Below, in pieces: positions 28,801 to 38,063 of a stretch of DNA of 64,000 nt. Source of the DNA: Syntrophales bacterium. GTDB lineage: Bacteria; Desulfobacterota; Syntrophia; Syntrophales; PHBD01. Positions within the stretch are counted from its first letter, which is position 1; each line of letters opens with the position of its first letter. The position numbers were made by a program, and so were the translations under genes. Under the pieces are notes generated by a model. That model was not told the DNA's origin and searched no databases. It was given only the letters and a program-made list of their open reading frames with translations. The stretch lies in assembly GCA_963668175.1 (NCBI GenBank), contig OY764159.1:4025516-4089515 (forward strand), given 5' to 3'.

Positions 28801-29438
28801 GACAGACCTCCTAAGGGCGTCTCCCCTGCCCTGACCCGGTCACCCACTTTAACGACAACCATCGAATCGGAAGGCAGATATACTTCAACGCGGGAACCAA
28901 AGCGGATGAGGCCGAACCGTTCACCTTTGCTGACCCCCATTCCTTCCTTTATCCAGCACACAATCCTTCGGGCAATCAAGCCGGCTATCTGGACGGCCAT
29001 GATATCCCTGCCGTCGTCGGTGCGGATGACGACGGAATTTCTTTCATTGTTATCGGACGCCTTGTCGAGGTTCGCGGAAAGAAACAACCCCTCATGGTAG
29101 ACGATGGAACGAACTTGCCCCGCATAGGGAGCACGATTGACGTGTACATTAAATACATTCATGAAAATACTGATCTTCTTGAACCGGCCCACGATCAAAT
29201 CGTTCCGTTCCACATCTTCGATGCGGATAACCTTGCCGTCCGCAGGAGAGATGACCATCTTAGGCACATCCGGCGTTTGTCTTTCCGGATTTCGAAAGAA
29301 CCATATGACGAACATCGTGATGCATGAAAGTCCCATCGCCGACCAAACGGCCCCCAGAACGGCCGCGGATACGGAAAATATCGCGAGCGGCAGGATGAAA
29401 GGGTACCCCTCCCGGGCTATGATGCTATCGTGTTGCAT
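28797..29438 (-). CDS. psd: phosphatidylserine decarboxylase (short form)
   Basis: 213 aa with an N-terminal TM segment and a self-cleavage-type FGSRV motif near the C-terminus. It overlaps pssA by 4 nt. Confidence 0.9.
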   Translation of the reverse strand: MQHDSIIAREGYPFILPLAIFSVSAAVLGAVWSAMGLSCITMFVIWFFRNPERQTPDVPKMVISPADGKVIRIEDVERNDLIVGRFKKISIFMNVFNVHVNRAPYAGQVRSIVYHEGLFLSANLDKASDNNERNSVVIRTDDGRDIMAVQIAGLIARRIVCWIKEGMGVSKGERFGLIRFGSRVEVYLPSDSMVVVKVGDRVRAGETPLGGLS

Positions 29439-29544
29439 GAACAGAGGCCCTTTCCGGCACGTAACGTCGTTAATTTAAAATGAATAGTTCCTTGTATATT
29501 AATTCCTGAAATCTGTCAATGTCTTAAGCATGCGGACAATCTCT

Positions 29545-30246
29545 TCAGGAAAGCTCTGCCTGTTTCATTTCCGCTTCGGACAAACGGAGGTAATGGGGCG
29601 TGAAGCTTACGGGATTCAGAGTCCTGCCCTCTTTTATATCCATCATGCCGAGAAGACCGACGGCTGATGCCCGGATAGATTGATGGGCGCTCGACAGGAA
29701 CACGGCCCTGTTCCCCAGAGAGCCGACGATAACTTCTCTGTAAACTTGAGCGCCGTCTCCGAGAAATATGACCTTGTCGAATTCACGCAACTCTCCCAGG
29801 ACATGCTCTATGGACGTCACTTGCTCGGCAACGATCTTCACCGGATGCCCATCCGCACATGGTTTATACAGGGCCGTATAGACCTGACCCTTCCGGGCGT
29901 CAAGAAGCGGACAAACCGGGCAGGCTCCCGAGGCCGCGTTCAGGCTCAGAGCGTCCAGGGTCGATACGCCGGCGATCGGCTTACCTGCCGCCATGGCAAA
30001 ACCCTTGATCGTACCGGCACCGATCCGCAGCCCCGTAAATGAGCCCGGACCTGTTGTACAGGCGAAAAGATCGATGTTTTCAAGAGATTGACCGGTCAGG
30101 CGCATCATCTCGTCAATAGCCGGCAGGAGTACTATGGAATGGTTGACGCCGACATTAATGGTCGCCTCATACAGGATTACATCGTCGGCCAGCAGGGCGA
30201 CCGATGCCGTTTTAGTCGAAGTGTCGATAGCTAGAGTTCGTATCAT
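29545..30246 (-). CDS. tsaB: tRNA threonylcarbamoyladenosine biosynthesis protein TsaB
   Basis: LAIDTSTKTASVAL and TGPGSFTGLRIG are present. The start is moved from the TTG at 30252 to the ATG at 30246, which has GGGGA 6 nt upstream. Confidence 0.9.
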   Translation of the reverse strand: MIRTLAIDTSTKTASVALLADDVILYEATINVGVNHSIVLLPAIDEMMRLTGQSLENIDLFACTTGPGSFTGLRIGAGTIKGFAMAAGKPIAGVSTLDALSLNAASGACPVCPLLDARKGQVYTALYKPCADGHPVKIVAEQVTSIEHVLGELREFDKVIFLGDGAQVYREVIVGSLGNRAVFLSSAHQSIRASAVGLLGMMDIKEGRTLNPVSFTPHYLRLSEAEMKQAELS

Positions 30247-30277
30247 GGACAATCCCCAAATTTATGAAGCAGGCAAG

Positions 30278-31390
30278 TCACTTGCCTGTAAAAAATCTCG
30301 TAAAATCGTTGATTACTTTTATGTTTAACCGATCAATGTCCAGCATAAAGACAAAGATCATCAAGAGGATGAGAAGGACAAAACCGATTTGCTGGGCCAT
30401 TTCCCGCCATTTGATACTGACGGGCCGTCCAATGATCAATTCGATGCCGTAGAACATGAGATGCCCGCCGTCCAACACGGGGATGGGCAGCAAATTGAGG
30501 ATCGCCAGATTGATGCTGAGAACGGCCATGAAGAAAATAAAATCAAGTACGCCTTTCTTGACGGCGGCACCTGCAAGCTGGGCGATGAAGATCGGACCAC
30601 CGAGGCTTTTGGCCGGGGAGATCACGCCTTCCACGAGCTTGACAAAACTGATCACGGTGACCTTCACGAAGAACCAGGTCTGTTTGAGACTTGACCAAAC
30701 GGCTTCCCAGGGATATTGCCGTTCGATCACCGTTTGTGTCGACCTCATGATGCCTATCCGGTAGAGGTCTATTTCTTCCCCGAAAATGTCCTTGTCCTTC
30801 ACCCTGGTAGGCGTCACCTGAAGATCACGTTGCGCACCGTCTCTTTGTACCGTCAGCGTCAGGGTTTTTCCGCGGCTCTCTCCGATCATGACCGACATGT
30901 CGTCCCAGCGGGACACCTTCCTGCCGTCGATGGCGATTACCGCATCGCCCTTCCTTAAATCCGCTTTGAAGGCCGCAGAATCTTTCTGGACTTCGCCGAT
31001 GACGGACGTGTAAACAGGAACGCCGGCCATAAAGATGATCGTAAAAATAACGATGGCCAGAAGAAAATTGAAAACCGGCCCCGCGAGGACGATGGCTATC
31101 CGCTTCCATACCGGCTGCCTTAGAAAGGAGCGTTTTTCATCCTCGGGCGAAAGAACGTCCTGGTCGGACTCGCCAAGGAGCTTGACATAGCCGCCCAGGG
31201 GAATCATGGACAGGAGATATTCCGTTTCTCCGATCTTCTTCCCGGCGATTCTCCGGCCGAACCCCAGGGAAAATTTCAGGACACCGACGCCCAGGCGTTT
31301 GGCCACGATGAAATGGCCGAATTCATGGGCGAAAATAAGGATACCCAGAAGAATAACAACTGCCACAATATTGATAGAGACACCCGTCAT
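30278..31390 (-). CDS. rseP: RIP zinc metalloprotease RseP
   Basis: It has the HEFGHF zinc site in TM1, a central PDZ region and a C-terminal NLLPIPVLDGGH motif. The start overlaps the dxr stop (ATGA). Confidence 0.9.
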   Translation of the reverse strand: MTGVSINIVAVVILLGILIFAHEFGHFIVAKRLGVGVLKFSLGFGRRIAGKKIGETEYLLSMIPLGGYVKLLGESDQDVLSPEDEKRSFLRQPVWKRIAIVLAGPVFNFLLAIVIFTIIFMAGVPVYTSVIGEVQKDSAAFKADLRKGDAVIAIDGRKVSRWDDMSVMIGESRGKTLTLTVQRDGAQRDLQVTPTRVKDKDIFGEEIDLYRIGIMRSTQTVIERQYPWEAVWSSLKQTWFFVKVTVISFVKLVEGVISPAKSLGGPIFIAQLAGAAVKKGVLDFIFFMAVLSINLAILNLLPIPVLDGGHLMFYGIELIIGRPVSIKWREMAQQIGFVLLILLMIFVFMLDIDRLNIKVINDFTRFFTGK

Positions 31391-32550
31391 ATTTTCAATT
31401 CCTCAATGATTCTTATAACTTCTTTTTTGGCCCACATATCGGCGGCCAGAACAGCGTCAATGGTCGGCGACACATTGCATCGATGCTTCGCGAGAACGCT
31501 TTCGATGACGGCCGTCATATCGGTAAACCGGATTTTTCCCGCAAGGAAAGCCTCCACGGCCATCTCGTTTGCGCCGTTTAAGACAGCCGTCATGGTCCCG
31601 CCCGCTCTTCCCGCCTCGTAGGCCAGGCGCAAGTTGGGAAACCTGTCCCAATCCGCTTCCAAGAACTCCAGGGCACCGGCCTCAAGGAGGTTCAGGGCCG
31701 GGGCGGGACAGGGATGTCTTTCCGGATAGGACAGGGCGTACGCGATCGGGATTCTCATGTCCGGACATCCCATTTGCGCAACCACCGAACCGTCGATATA
31801 TTCCACCATGGAGTGGATGATGCTCTGGGGATGGATCTGGACGTGAATGGCATCGTAATCGACATTGAAAAGCCACCTGGCTTCAATAATTTCCAAACCC
31901 TTATTCATCATCGATGCCGAATCGATGGTGATCTTCCTGCCCATCTCCCACTTCGGATGCTTCAAGGCCTGGGCCGGCGTAACATGGACCAGATCATCCT
32001 TGGAGAATTTCAGGAACGGCCCTCCCGAAGCCGTCAGGATCAAGCGCCGGATATCCTGATGCCTGTTTCCCGCCAGGCATTGAAAAATAGCGCTGTGCTC
32101 GCTGTCGACGGGCAGGATGGCAACGCCCTTTTCCTCGGCCATTCTGACGACGATGCTTCCGGCCATGACCATGGTTTCCTTGTTTGCCAGGGCGACGTCT
32201 TTGCCGGCGGCAACGGCTTCCAGGGTCGGGATCAAACCCGCCGACCCCGCCATCGCGGACACGACCATATCGGCCTCTGCAAAGGCGGCCACTTCGCGAT
32301 ATCCGTCCATTCCGAAACGGATCTCCGTTCCATTCGAGCGGCCAAGCATTGCCCCTAGTTGCCCGGCACACGGTTCATCGATAACCGCGGCCACGGCAGG
32401 CCTGAATTCGTCGATCTGCTCCTTCAGCAGGGTCGTATTTTTCCCGGCGGCCAGGGCGACGACCTCAAATCGCGAGGGGGCGTGCCGGATGACATCCAGG
32501 GTATTGACGCCTATAGAACCTGTTGAACCTAAAATGGCAATCCGTTTCAT
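31387..32550 (-). CDS. dxr: 1-deoxy-D-xylulose 5-phosphate reductoisomerase
   Basis: MKRIAILGSTGSIGVNTL is present. The start is set at the ATG at 32550, which overlaps the cdsA stop (ATGA). The 109-codon upstream extension in the ORF track runs inside cdsA. Confidence 0.95.
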   Translation of the reverse strand: MKRIAILGSTGSIGVNTLDVIRHAPSRFEVVALAAGKNTTLLKEQIDEFRPAVAAVIDEPCAGQLGAMLGRSNGTEIRFGMDGYREVAAFAEADMVVSAMAGSAGLIPTLEAVAAGKDVALANKETMVMAGSIVVRMAEEKGVAILPVDSEHSAIFQCLAGNRHQDIRRLILTASGGPFLKFSKDDLVHVTPAQALKHPKWEMGRKITIDSASMMNKGLEIIEARWLFNVDYDAIHVQIHPQSIIHSMVEYIDGSVVAQMGCPDMRIPIAYALSYPERHPCPAPALNLLEAGALEFLEADWDRFPNLRLAYEAGRAGGTMTAVLNGANEMAVEAFLAGKIRFTDMTAVIESVLAKHRCNVSPTIDAVLAADMWAKKEVIRIIEELKI

Positions 32551-33359
32551 TGTACCATAAATAGTTGATAGTAGTAAACAAAGGGAGCGATAAAGATAAG
32601 GCAATCCAAACGATCCAGAATGCCGCCATGACCGGGCAGAAGCGTTCCGGAGTCTTTGGAGCCCGAGGCCCTCTTGATCGCCGACTCGCACAAGTCGCCC
32701 AACTGGCCGATGGCGCTTCCGAAGAAACCGATGATTGCCGCATGCGCGACGGGAAACGATTGCAGGAATATCTGCTGAAAGACCACGCAACCGATGACGC
32801 TGCCTATTAAAAGGCCGATCGTCCCCTCCACCGTTTTTCCGGGGCTGACAAGCGGCAGCAGTTTCCGCTTTCCCCATGTCCTGCCCACGTAATAGGCCGC
32901 CACGTCACCGGAAAAAGCCAGACAAAGAATGAAAAATATCCATAATATGCCGTCATGAAGGTTCCGGATGAGGATGAAGTGGGACAGCATGGTGGGTATG
33001 TACATCAGGCAAAGGACGGCCTTGGCAACCGGCAGGATATCGAAGACCGGCTCCTTGATCCGGACTGTAAAGGTAATGAAAACGGACAGAACTGAAAGAA
33101 CGATTACCGCCATGATCAATACCGGATTCCCGGAATAAAACGAGAGCGCGATCAACAGGGCGACGATCAGGCCTTCCGTCTTTTCCCACCGATAGTCCTC
33201 GCCGAATACGAGCCCGTTATACTCATGGACACCCAGCAGAATGACGGCGACAATCATGGCACTGAACACGAAGGGAGAGCCGAAATAGATCAGAGCAAAT
33301 AATAAAGGTACGGCAACCAGTGCCGTGGTCCATCGCTTGATATGGGAAGAAGCCGCCAT
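32547..33359 (-). CDS. cdsA: phosphatidate cytidylyltransferase
   Basis: The signature is SAIKRASGSKDSGTLLPGHGGILDRLD. It is a polytopic membrane protein. Confidence 0.9.
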   Translation of the reverse strand: MAASSHIKRWTTALVAVPLLFALIYFGSPFVFSAMIVAVILLGVHEYNGLVFGEDYRWEKTEGLIVALLIALSFYSGNPVLIMAVIVLSVLSVFITFTVRIKEPVFDILPVAKAVLCLMYIPTMLSHFILIRNLHDGILWIFFILCLAFSGDVAAYYVGRTWGKRKLLPLVSPGKTVEGTIGLLIGSVIGCVVFQQIFLQSFPVAHAAIIGFFGSAIGQLGDLCESAIKRASGSKDSGTLLPGHGGILDRLDCLIFIAPFVYYYQLFMVQ

Positions 33360-33471
33360 ATGTCTCTATCTTGTTTATTGACGCCAGGGATGCGTTTCGA
33401 TCTCCGCCCTTAAAGACCTGCAGGCCATTCCAACCATAAACCGTGTTTTGGTGGGATACAAAAAAATTCAA

Positions 33472-34254
33472 TCACTGCAAAATCGATTTGGGGGCAGTTG
33501 CCGCGGGCCTCTCTGTCTCGGTATCTTCCTTGGTCAACCCGAATCTGCGTTCCCTTTGCTGATACACGGCGATCGCATTCAGCAATTCATCCTTGCTGAA
33601 ATCGGGCCAGAGGACATCGGTAAAATAGAATTCGGTATAGGCCATCTGCCAGAGCAGGAAGTTGCTGATCCGGAATTCGCCGCTCGTCCTGATGAGAAGA
33701 TCCGGGTCGGGCATACCCATCGTATACAGATAGCCCGCGAACATTTCTTTTGTAATCTCATCGGGAGTGAATTTTCCGGCACGGCAATCGGCGATCATCC
33801 CCTTCACGGCCATCACGATTTCATCCCTCCCCCCATAACTGAGGGCGATATTAAGATTCAGACCGTCGTTATGCGCCGTCTTTGCCACAGCGTCACGAAG
33901 CAGTCCCTGGATATTCCGGTCGAGATTTTCCACATCGCCGATAATGACGAGGCGGATATTGTTTTCAAGCATGTCTTCCATCTCGGTCCGGACGTAATCC
34001 TTCAGCAGTCCCATCAGGGCGTCGACTTCCTTGCGCGGTCTCTGCCAATTCTCGGACGAAAAGGCATAGAGCGTAAGGTAGCGGATGCCCAGTTCACGAC
34101 AGGTCTTGACAGTCGCCCGGACGGCTTCCGCACCTTTCCTGTGCCCGGAAACCCTGCCCAGGGTATGCCGCTGCGCCCACCGGCCGTTGCCATCCATGAT
34201 AATGGCGATATGGCGGGGAAGTTTCGTAATGTCAATGCCATGCATATCGTTCAC
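33472..34254 (-). CDS. uppS: di-trans,poly-cis-undecaprenyl-diphosphate synthase
   Basis: HIAIIMDGNGRWA, TLYAFSSENW and RTSGEFRISNFLLWQ are present. Confidence 0.95.
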   Translation of the reverse strand: MNDMHGIDITKLPRHIAIIMDGNGRWAQRHTLGRVSGHRKGAEAVRATVKTCRELGIRYLTLYAFSSENWQRPRKEVDALMGLLKDYVRTEMEDMLENNIRLVIIGDVENLDRNIQGLLRDAVAKTAHNDGLNLNIALSYGGRDEIVMAVKGMIADCRAGKFTPDEITKEMFAGYLYTMGMPDPDLLIRTSGEFRISNFLLWQMAYTEFYFTDVLWPDFSKDELLNAIAVYQQRERRFGLTKEDTETERPAATAPKSILQ

Positions 34255-34818
34255 GGCGTCTCTGCCTTATTAAAGTCGTCACCGAGTAGCATAACATAAG
34301 CGAATAATCAATGCACGTTTTTGCCTTGCAGGTGGCTCATTTTGTCGCCATCGGAAAGATAGTTCATCATGGACCTTGGTCTTTCCTTTGATTTTGTGCT
34401 ATAGGATTTTTGCTGCATTATTATATCCGCATTTTTTGAAAAACCGATTATTCATTGCCAGGTAATCAGATCACAGCGGAATGGTTATACCGTTGTTTTA
34501 TTTAGGACTATTCTTCCAAATGGATTATAGTCGGGCATATTCCGAATATGAGGCGTTTCGTACCTGATCATCGCATCTTCGAACAACCGTCAAGAATGGA
34601 GAAGGATTAACCCGTCACCCGCCCAGCGTCTCTCCCCAATCATCGGCAATGAGGTGGATCCGCGGCCGCGGTTCTCTTAATTTAATCCCGTATGAGGCGT
34701 CATTCGCCTATCCATCAAGTGAATCCGGATCGTCGGCTGATGGGAGTCAAGGATTGACCATGTCCGCAGGAAAGTTTCATAATCATTGTCTATTCGTCCA
34801 ACAGAGGAAAGCAGACTG

Positions 34819-36777
34819 ATGCCGGGAACCCCTCTTCGCATCCTAATCGCAGACTGTTCCGACGACGATTACTCTCCGCTCATCCATTGTTTGAGGGAAG
34901 ACGGTTTCAACCCAGACTGGATGAAAGTGCAGGATGTCGACGCCATGGCCGACTTTCTGCATGACAGGGACTGGGACATCGTCATCTGCAATTACGAAAG
35001 GGACGGCGCCGACGGCCGACGGGTTCTGAAAGTCTGCCGAGAGGCAGGGACCAATGTCCCGCTGATTTTACTCTCCGGGAACAAGAGGAACGAGGATGAA
35101 AGCAAATCGAGTCCGGAAGAAAACTGCTATTGTGCCGGGAAAGAAGAGCTTCCGAAACTTGTATCCGCCGTGGCCGCACAGGCTCATGAAAGAGAAGATA
35201 AAATCGATCCGGCAAAAGGATTGGAGACCCGCCGGCCTCCTCAACGGCAGACCATCGATTTTTTCGAAGAAATGGAGGAACTTTATTGGGAAATTGATCT
35301 CAAGGGAAATTTGATTTTCTTTAATCCATATTTATGCACTCTGCTGCAATATACGCGAGAAGACCTTAAGGAGGCTAATATTCGAACGTTGGTGGACAAC
35401 GACACGGCTGAACGACTGGAAAAGATCGTTCAGAGTATCCATGCGACGGGCAGCCAGGTTAAGTGCGTCGAGTTTGAACTGATTCAAAAGGATGGGACAA
35501 AATGCTGGGTTGAAACATCCGTTGCCCCCTTGAGAGATGCCGGCGGCACGGTTATAGGCCTTCGGGGCATCGGCCGCGATATTTCCTCCCGCAAAAATAC
35601 GGAAACGGATATCCTCCGCTCGCTGAAGGTCGAATCGGTCGGCACGCTTGCCGGAGGGATAGCGCATGATTTCAATAATCTGCTTTCCGTTATTCTCGGC
35701 TATATCTCCATCGCCCGGACGCTGATCGATCCGGAGGAGGAGGCGGCCGTTATGCTCAGGAAGGCGGAAAAGGCCGGATTTCAGGCCACGGAACTTACGA
35801 AACGCCTGATCACCTTTTCCCGGGGAGACGAACCATGGCGGAAATCGACCTTTCTCGCCCCGCTCTTAAAAAGGGCTGCCGATTTCTCTCTGGTTGGAAA
35901 AGATGTCAGTTTTTCCTACTTCATTCCCGAAGACCTCTGGCCGGTCAACATCGATGAAGGCCAGATGTGGCAGGTCGTCCGGAATCTGGTGATGAATGCC
36001 GGCGAGGCCATGCCGGACGGAGGCATTATCACCGTAGCCGCACAGAATATCAATATCGACGAATTCAGCAATCTCCCCCTCCAGGAGGGTTCCTATGTGC
36101 GCTGGAGCGTAACGGACCAGGGAACGGGCATCACGCCGGAACACCTCCCCAAAATCTTCGATCCCTACTTCACGACCAAAGGGATGGGACCCAAACAGGG
36201 TATGGGGCTCGGTCTCGCCATCTGTTTCTCCATTGTCAGAAAACATGGCGGTTTCATCACCGTCGACTCCAAACCCGTCGAAGGCACGACGTTCTATGTC
36301 TATCTGCCCGCATTGCCGACGAGGGAGCAGCAGGATGCGGCCGTCAGCGACGATCGTCTGCTGAGGAAACACCGAATCCTCGTCATGGACGATGAAGAAG
36401 ACATTCGGGATATTTTTAGCAAACTGCTGACCCACCTGGGTTATGACGCCGAACTGGCCGAGGAAGGCAATGAGACCGTCTCCAAATTCAGAGAGGCCAG
36501 AGAAACGGATGTTCCTTTTTCCGCAGTCATCCTGGATTTGACGGTCAAAGACGGCCTCGGCGGCAGACAGACGCTGAAAAAGCTCCTGCAGATCGAGCCT
36601 GAACTGAAGGCGATCATCACAACCAGCTATGCCGACGACCCCATCGTCACCGGCTTCCGGTATTTCGGCTTCGCAGCCGCCTTGGTCAAACCCTTCACCA
36701 TGCAGGAACTGCAGGATTCTCTCGACACCCTTCTCGCCGAGAAGGGCGTGGACGACCTGCCTCTCTTCCGGCGGTAA
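34819..36777 (+). CDS. hybrid sensor histidine kinase (REC-like / PAS / HisKA / HATPase / REC)
   Basis: Present are an H-box (GGIAHDFNNLLSVILGY), HATPase motifs (NLVMNAGEAMPDGG, DQGTGI, GMGLGLAI) and a C-terminal receiver (ILVMDDEEDIRD...ILDLTV). The start is set at the ATG at 34819; the track uses an upstream TTG at 34786. Confidence 0.85.
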   Translation: MPGTPLRILIADCSDDDYSPLIHCLREDGFNPDWMKVQDVDAMADFLHDRDWDIVICNYERDGADGRRVLKVCREAGTNVPLILLSGNKRNEDESKSSPEENCYCAGKEELPKLVSAVAAQAHEREDKIDPAKGLETRRPPQRQTIDFFEEMEELYWEIDLKGNLIFFNPYLCTLLQYTREDLKEANIRTLVDNDTAERLEKIVQSIHATGSQVKCVEFELIQKDGTKCWVETSVAPLRDAGGTVIGLRGIGRDISSRKNTETDILRSLKVESVGTLAGGIAHDFNNLLSVILGYISIARTLIDPEEEAAVMLRKAEKAGFQATELTKRLITFSRGDEPWRKSTFLAPLLKRAADFSLVGKDVSFSYFIPEDLWPVNIDEGQMWQVVRNLVMNAGEAMPDGGIITVAAQNINIDEFSNLPLQEGSYVRWSVTDQGTGITPEHLPKIFDPYFTTKGMGPKQGMGLGLAICFSIVRKHGGFITVDSKPVEGTTFYVYLPALPTREQQDAAVSDDRLLRKHRILVMDDEEDIRDIFSKLLTHLGYDAELAEEGNETVSKFREARETDVPFSAVILDLTVKDGLGGRQTLKKLLQIEPELKAIITTSYADDPIVTGFRYFGFAAALVKPFTMQELQDSLDTLLAEKGVDDLPLFRR

Positions 36778-36819
36778 CGGCAACCGCCATAATATCTGCA
36801 AGGTGCCGTTTGTACAGAC

Positions 36820-37926
36820 TTACAGGAAGCTTTTAAGGGCCTTGAGGAAGCGTTCCACGTTCTCTTTTCTCGCCGTGTGGCCCATGAGACCGATCCGCCA
36901 GATTTTACCGGCCAGCGGACCCAGCCCCCCTCCGATCTCTATCTTGAATTCATTCAGGAGGCGCTTGCGGATCGATGCTTCGTCGATGCCTTCAGGGCAA
37001 CGGACCGTATTCAGCATCGGCAGACGGTAAGGTTTCTCAACGAGCATCTTGAGCCCCATGCCTTCAAGGCCGTCGACGAGCAGTTGATGGCTTTCCCGGT
37101 GCCTTTTGAAGACATTTTCCACGCCTTCATGAAGGATGACAAGAAGGGCCGCATAGAGACCATAGATCATGTTGATGGGGGCCGTATGGTGGTAGACGCG
37201 ATTCTGTCCCCAGTAGTTGGCTATGAGCGAAAGATCGAGATACCAGTTCGGGACTTTCGTCTTCCGGCTGCCGAGCTTCGCGAGGGCTTTTTCCGAAAAG
37301 GAGAGCGGGGCGAGCCCGGGCGGGCAGGAAAGGCACTTCTGGGTGCCGCTGTAAACGGTGTCGATATGCCATTCGTCCGCACGAACCGGAATGCCGCCAA
37401 GGCTGGTAACGGTATCGACAAGATACAGCGTATCCGAACCTTTCAGGAGGTTGCCGATGTCGCTCACGGGATTCATCACGCCGGTGGACGTCTCGGCGTG
37501 AACAACGGCTACGATGCGGTAGGATTTCTCTTTGATCTTCTTCCCGACGGCATCAAGTACGACGGGCGTTCCCCAGGCAAATTCCAGGGTATCCACTCTG
37601 GCCCCCAGCCTCGCGGCGACCTCCTGCATCCTCATGCCGAAAACGCCGTTAATCAGGATCAGGACATCGTCCCCGGGCTCTACGAGATTCACAAACGACG
37701 CTTCCATGCCAGCCGAACCCGTGCCCGATACTGGCAGGGTCAGGGTGTTTGCCGTATTCATCAATTGCCGGAGCATTTCCTTCACGCCATCGGCAATCTT
37801 CAAGAAATAAGGGTCCAGGTGTCCGATCGTCTTGCATCCCAAGGCGCCGTATACTTCCGGCGGAACGCACGAGGGCCCCGGCCCCATGAGCAGTATTTCT
37901 TCCAAGTCGTCCAGCAGATTTTTCAT
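36820..37926 (-). CDS. class V aminotransferase (serine-pyruvate / alanine-glyoxylate type)
   Basis: LLMGPGPS is present, and the PLP-lysine region is YSGTQKCLSCPPGLAPL. The start is set at the second ATG (37926), 6 nt after GAGGAGG. Confidence 0.9.
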   Translation of the reverse strand: MKNLLDDLEEILLMGPGPSCVPPEVYGALGCKTIGHLDPYFLKIADGVKEMLRQLMNTANTLTLPVSGTGSAGMEASFVNLVEPGDDVLILINGVFGMRMQEVAARLGARVDTLEFAWGTPVVLDAVGKKIKEKSYRIVAVVHAETSTGVMNPVSDIGNLLKGSDTLYLVDTVTSLGGIPVRADEWHIDTVYSGTQKCLSCPPGLAPLSFSEKALAKLGSRKTKVPNWYLDLSLIANYWGQNRVYHHTAPINMIYGLYAALLVILHEGVENVFKRHRESHQLLVDGLEGMGLKMLVEKPYRLPMLNTVRCPEGIDEASIRKRLLNEFKIEIGGGLGPLAGKIWRIGLMGHTARKENVERFLKALKSFL

Positions 37927-38063
37927 TACCATCCTCCTCAAGTCACTGATTGGAGACGTTCGTCTTCCGGATACAGCCGAATATCCCGTATCATGACACA
38001 AATATGGCTTATCGTCCAGACGTTTGGATTAATACATTTCGGGACAAGGACATTCCGCCGCTG

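Noticed and set aside
32551-32877. An N-terminal extension of dxr (the ORF track starts at 32877). Similar extensions occur for rsmD (to 27007), the VanX-like gene (to 48609), the permeases (to 57973 and 59430), the ligase (from 7833) and the FabK-like gene (from 12350).
   Set aside because: The extensions overlap the preceding gene or lack homology-like sequence. Internal starts coincide with RBSs or with ATGA/TTGA stop-start overlaps and with the conserved N-termini of the families.
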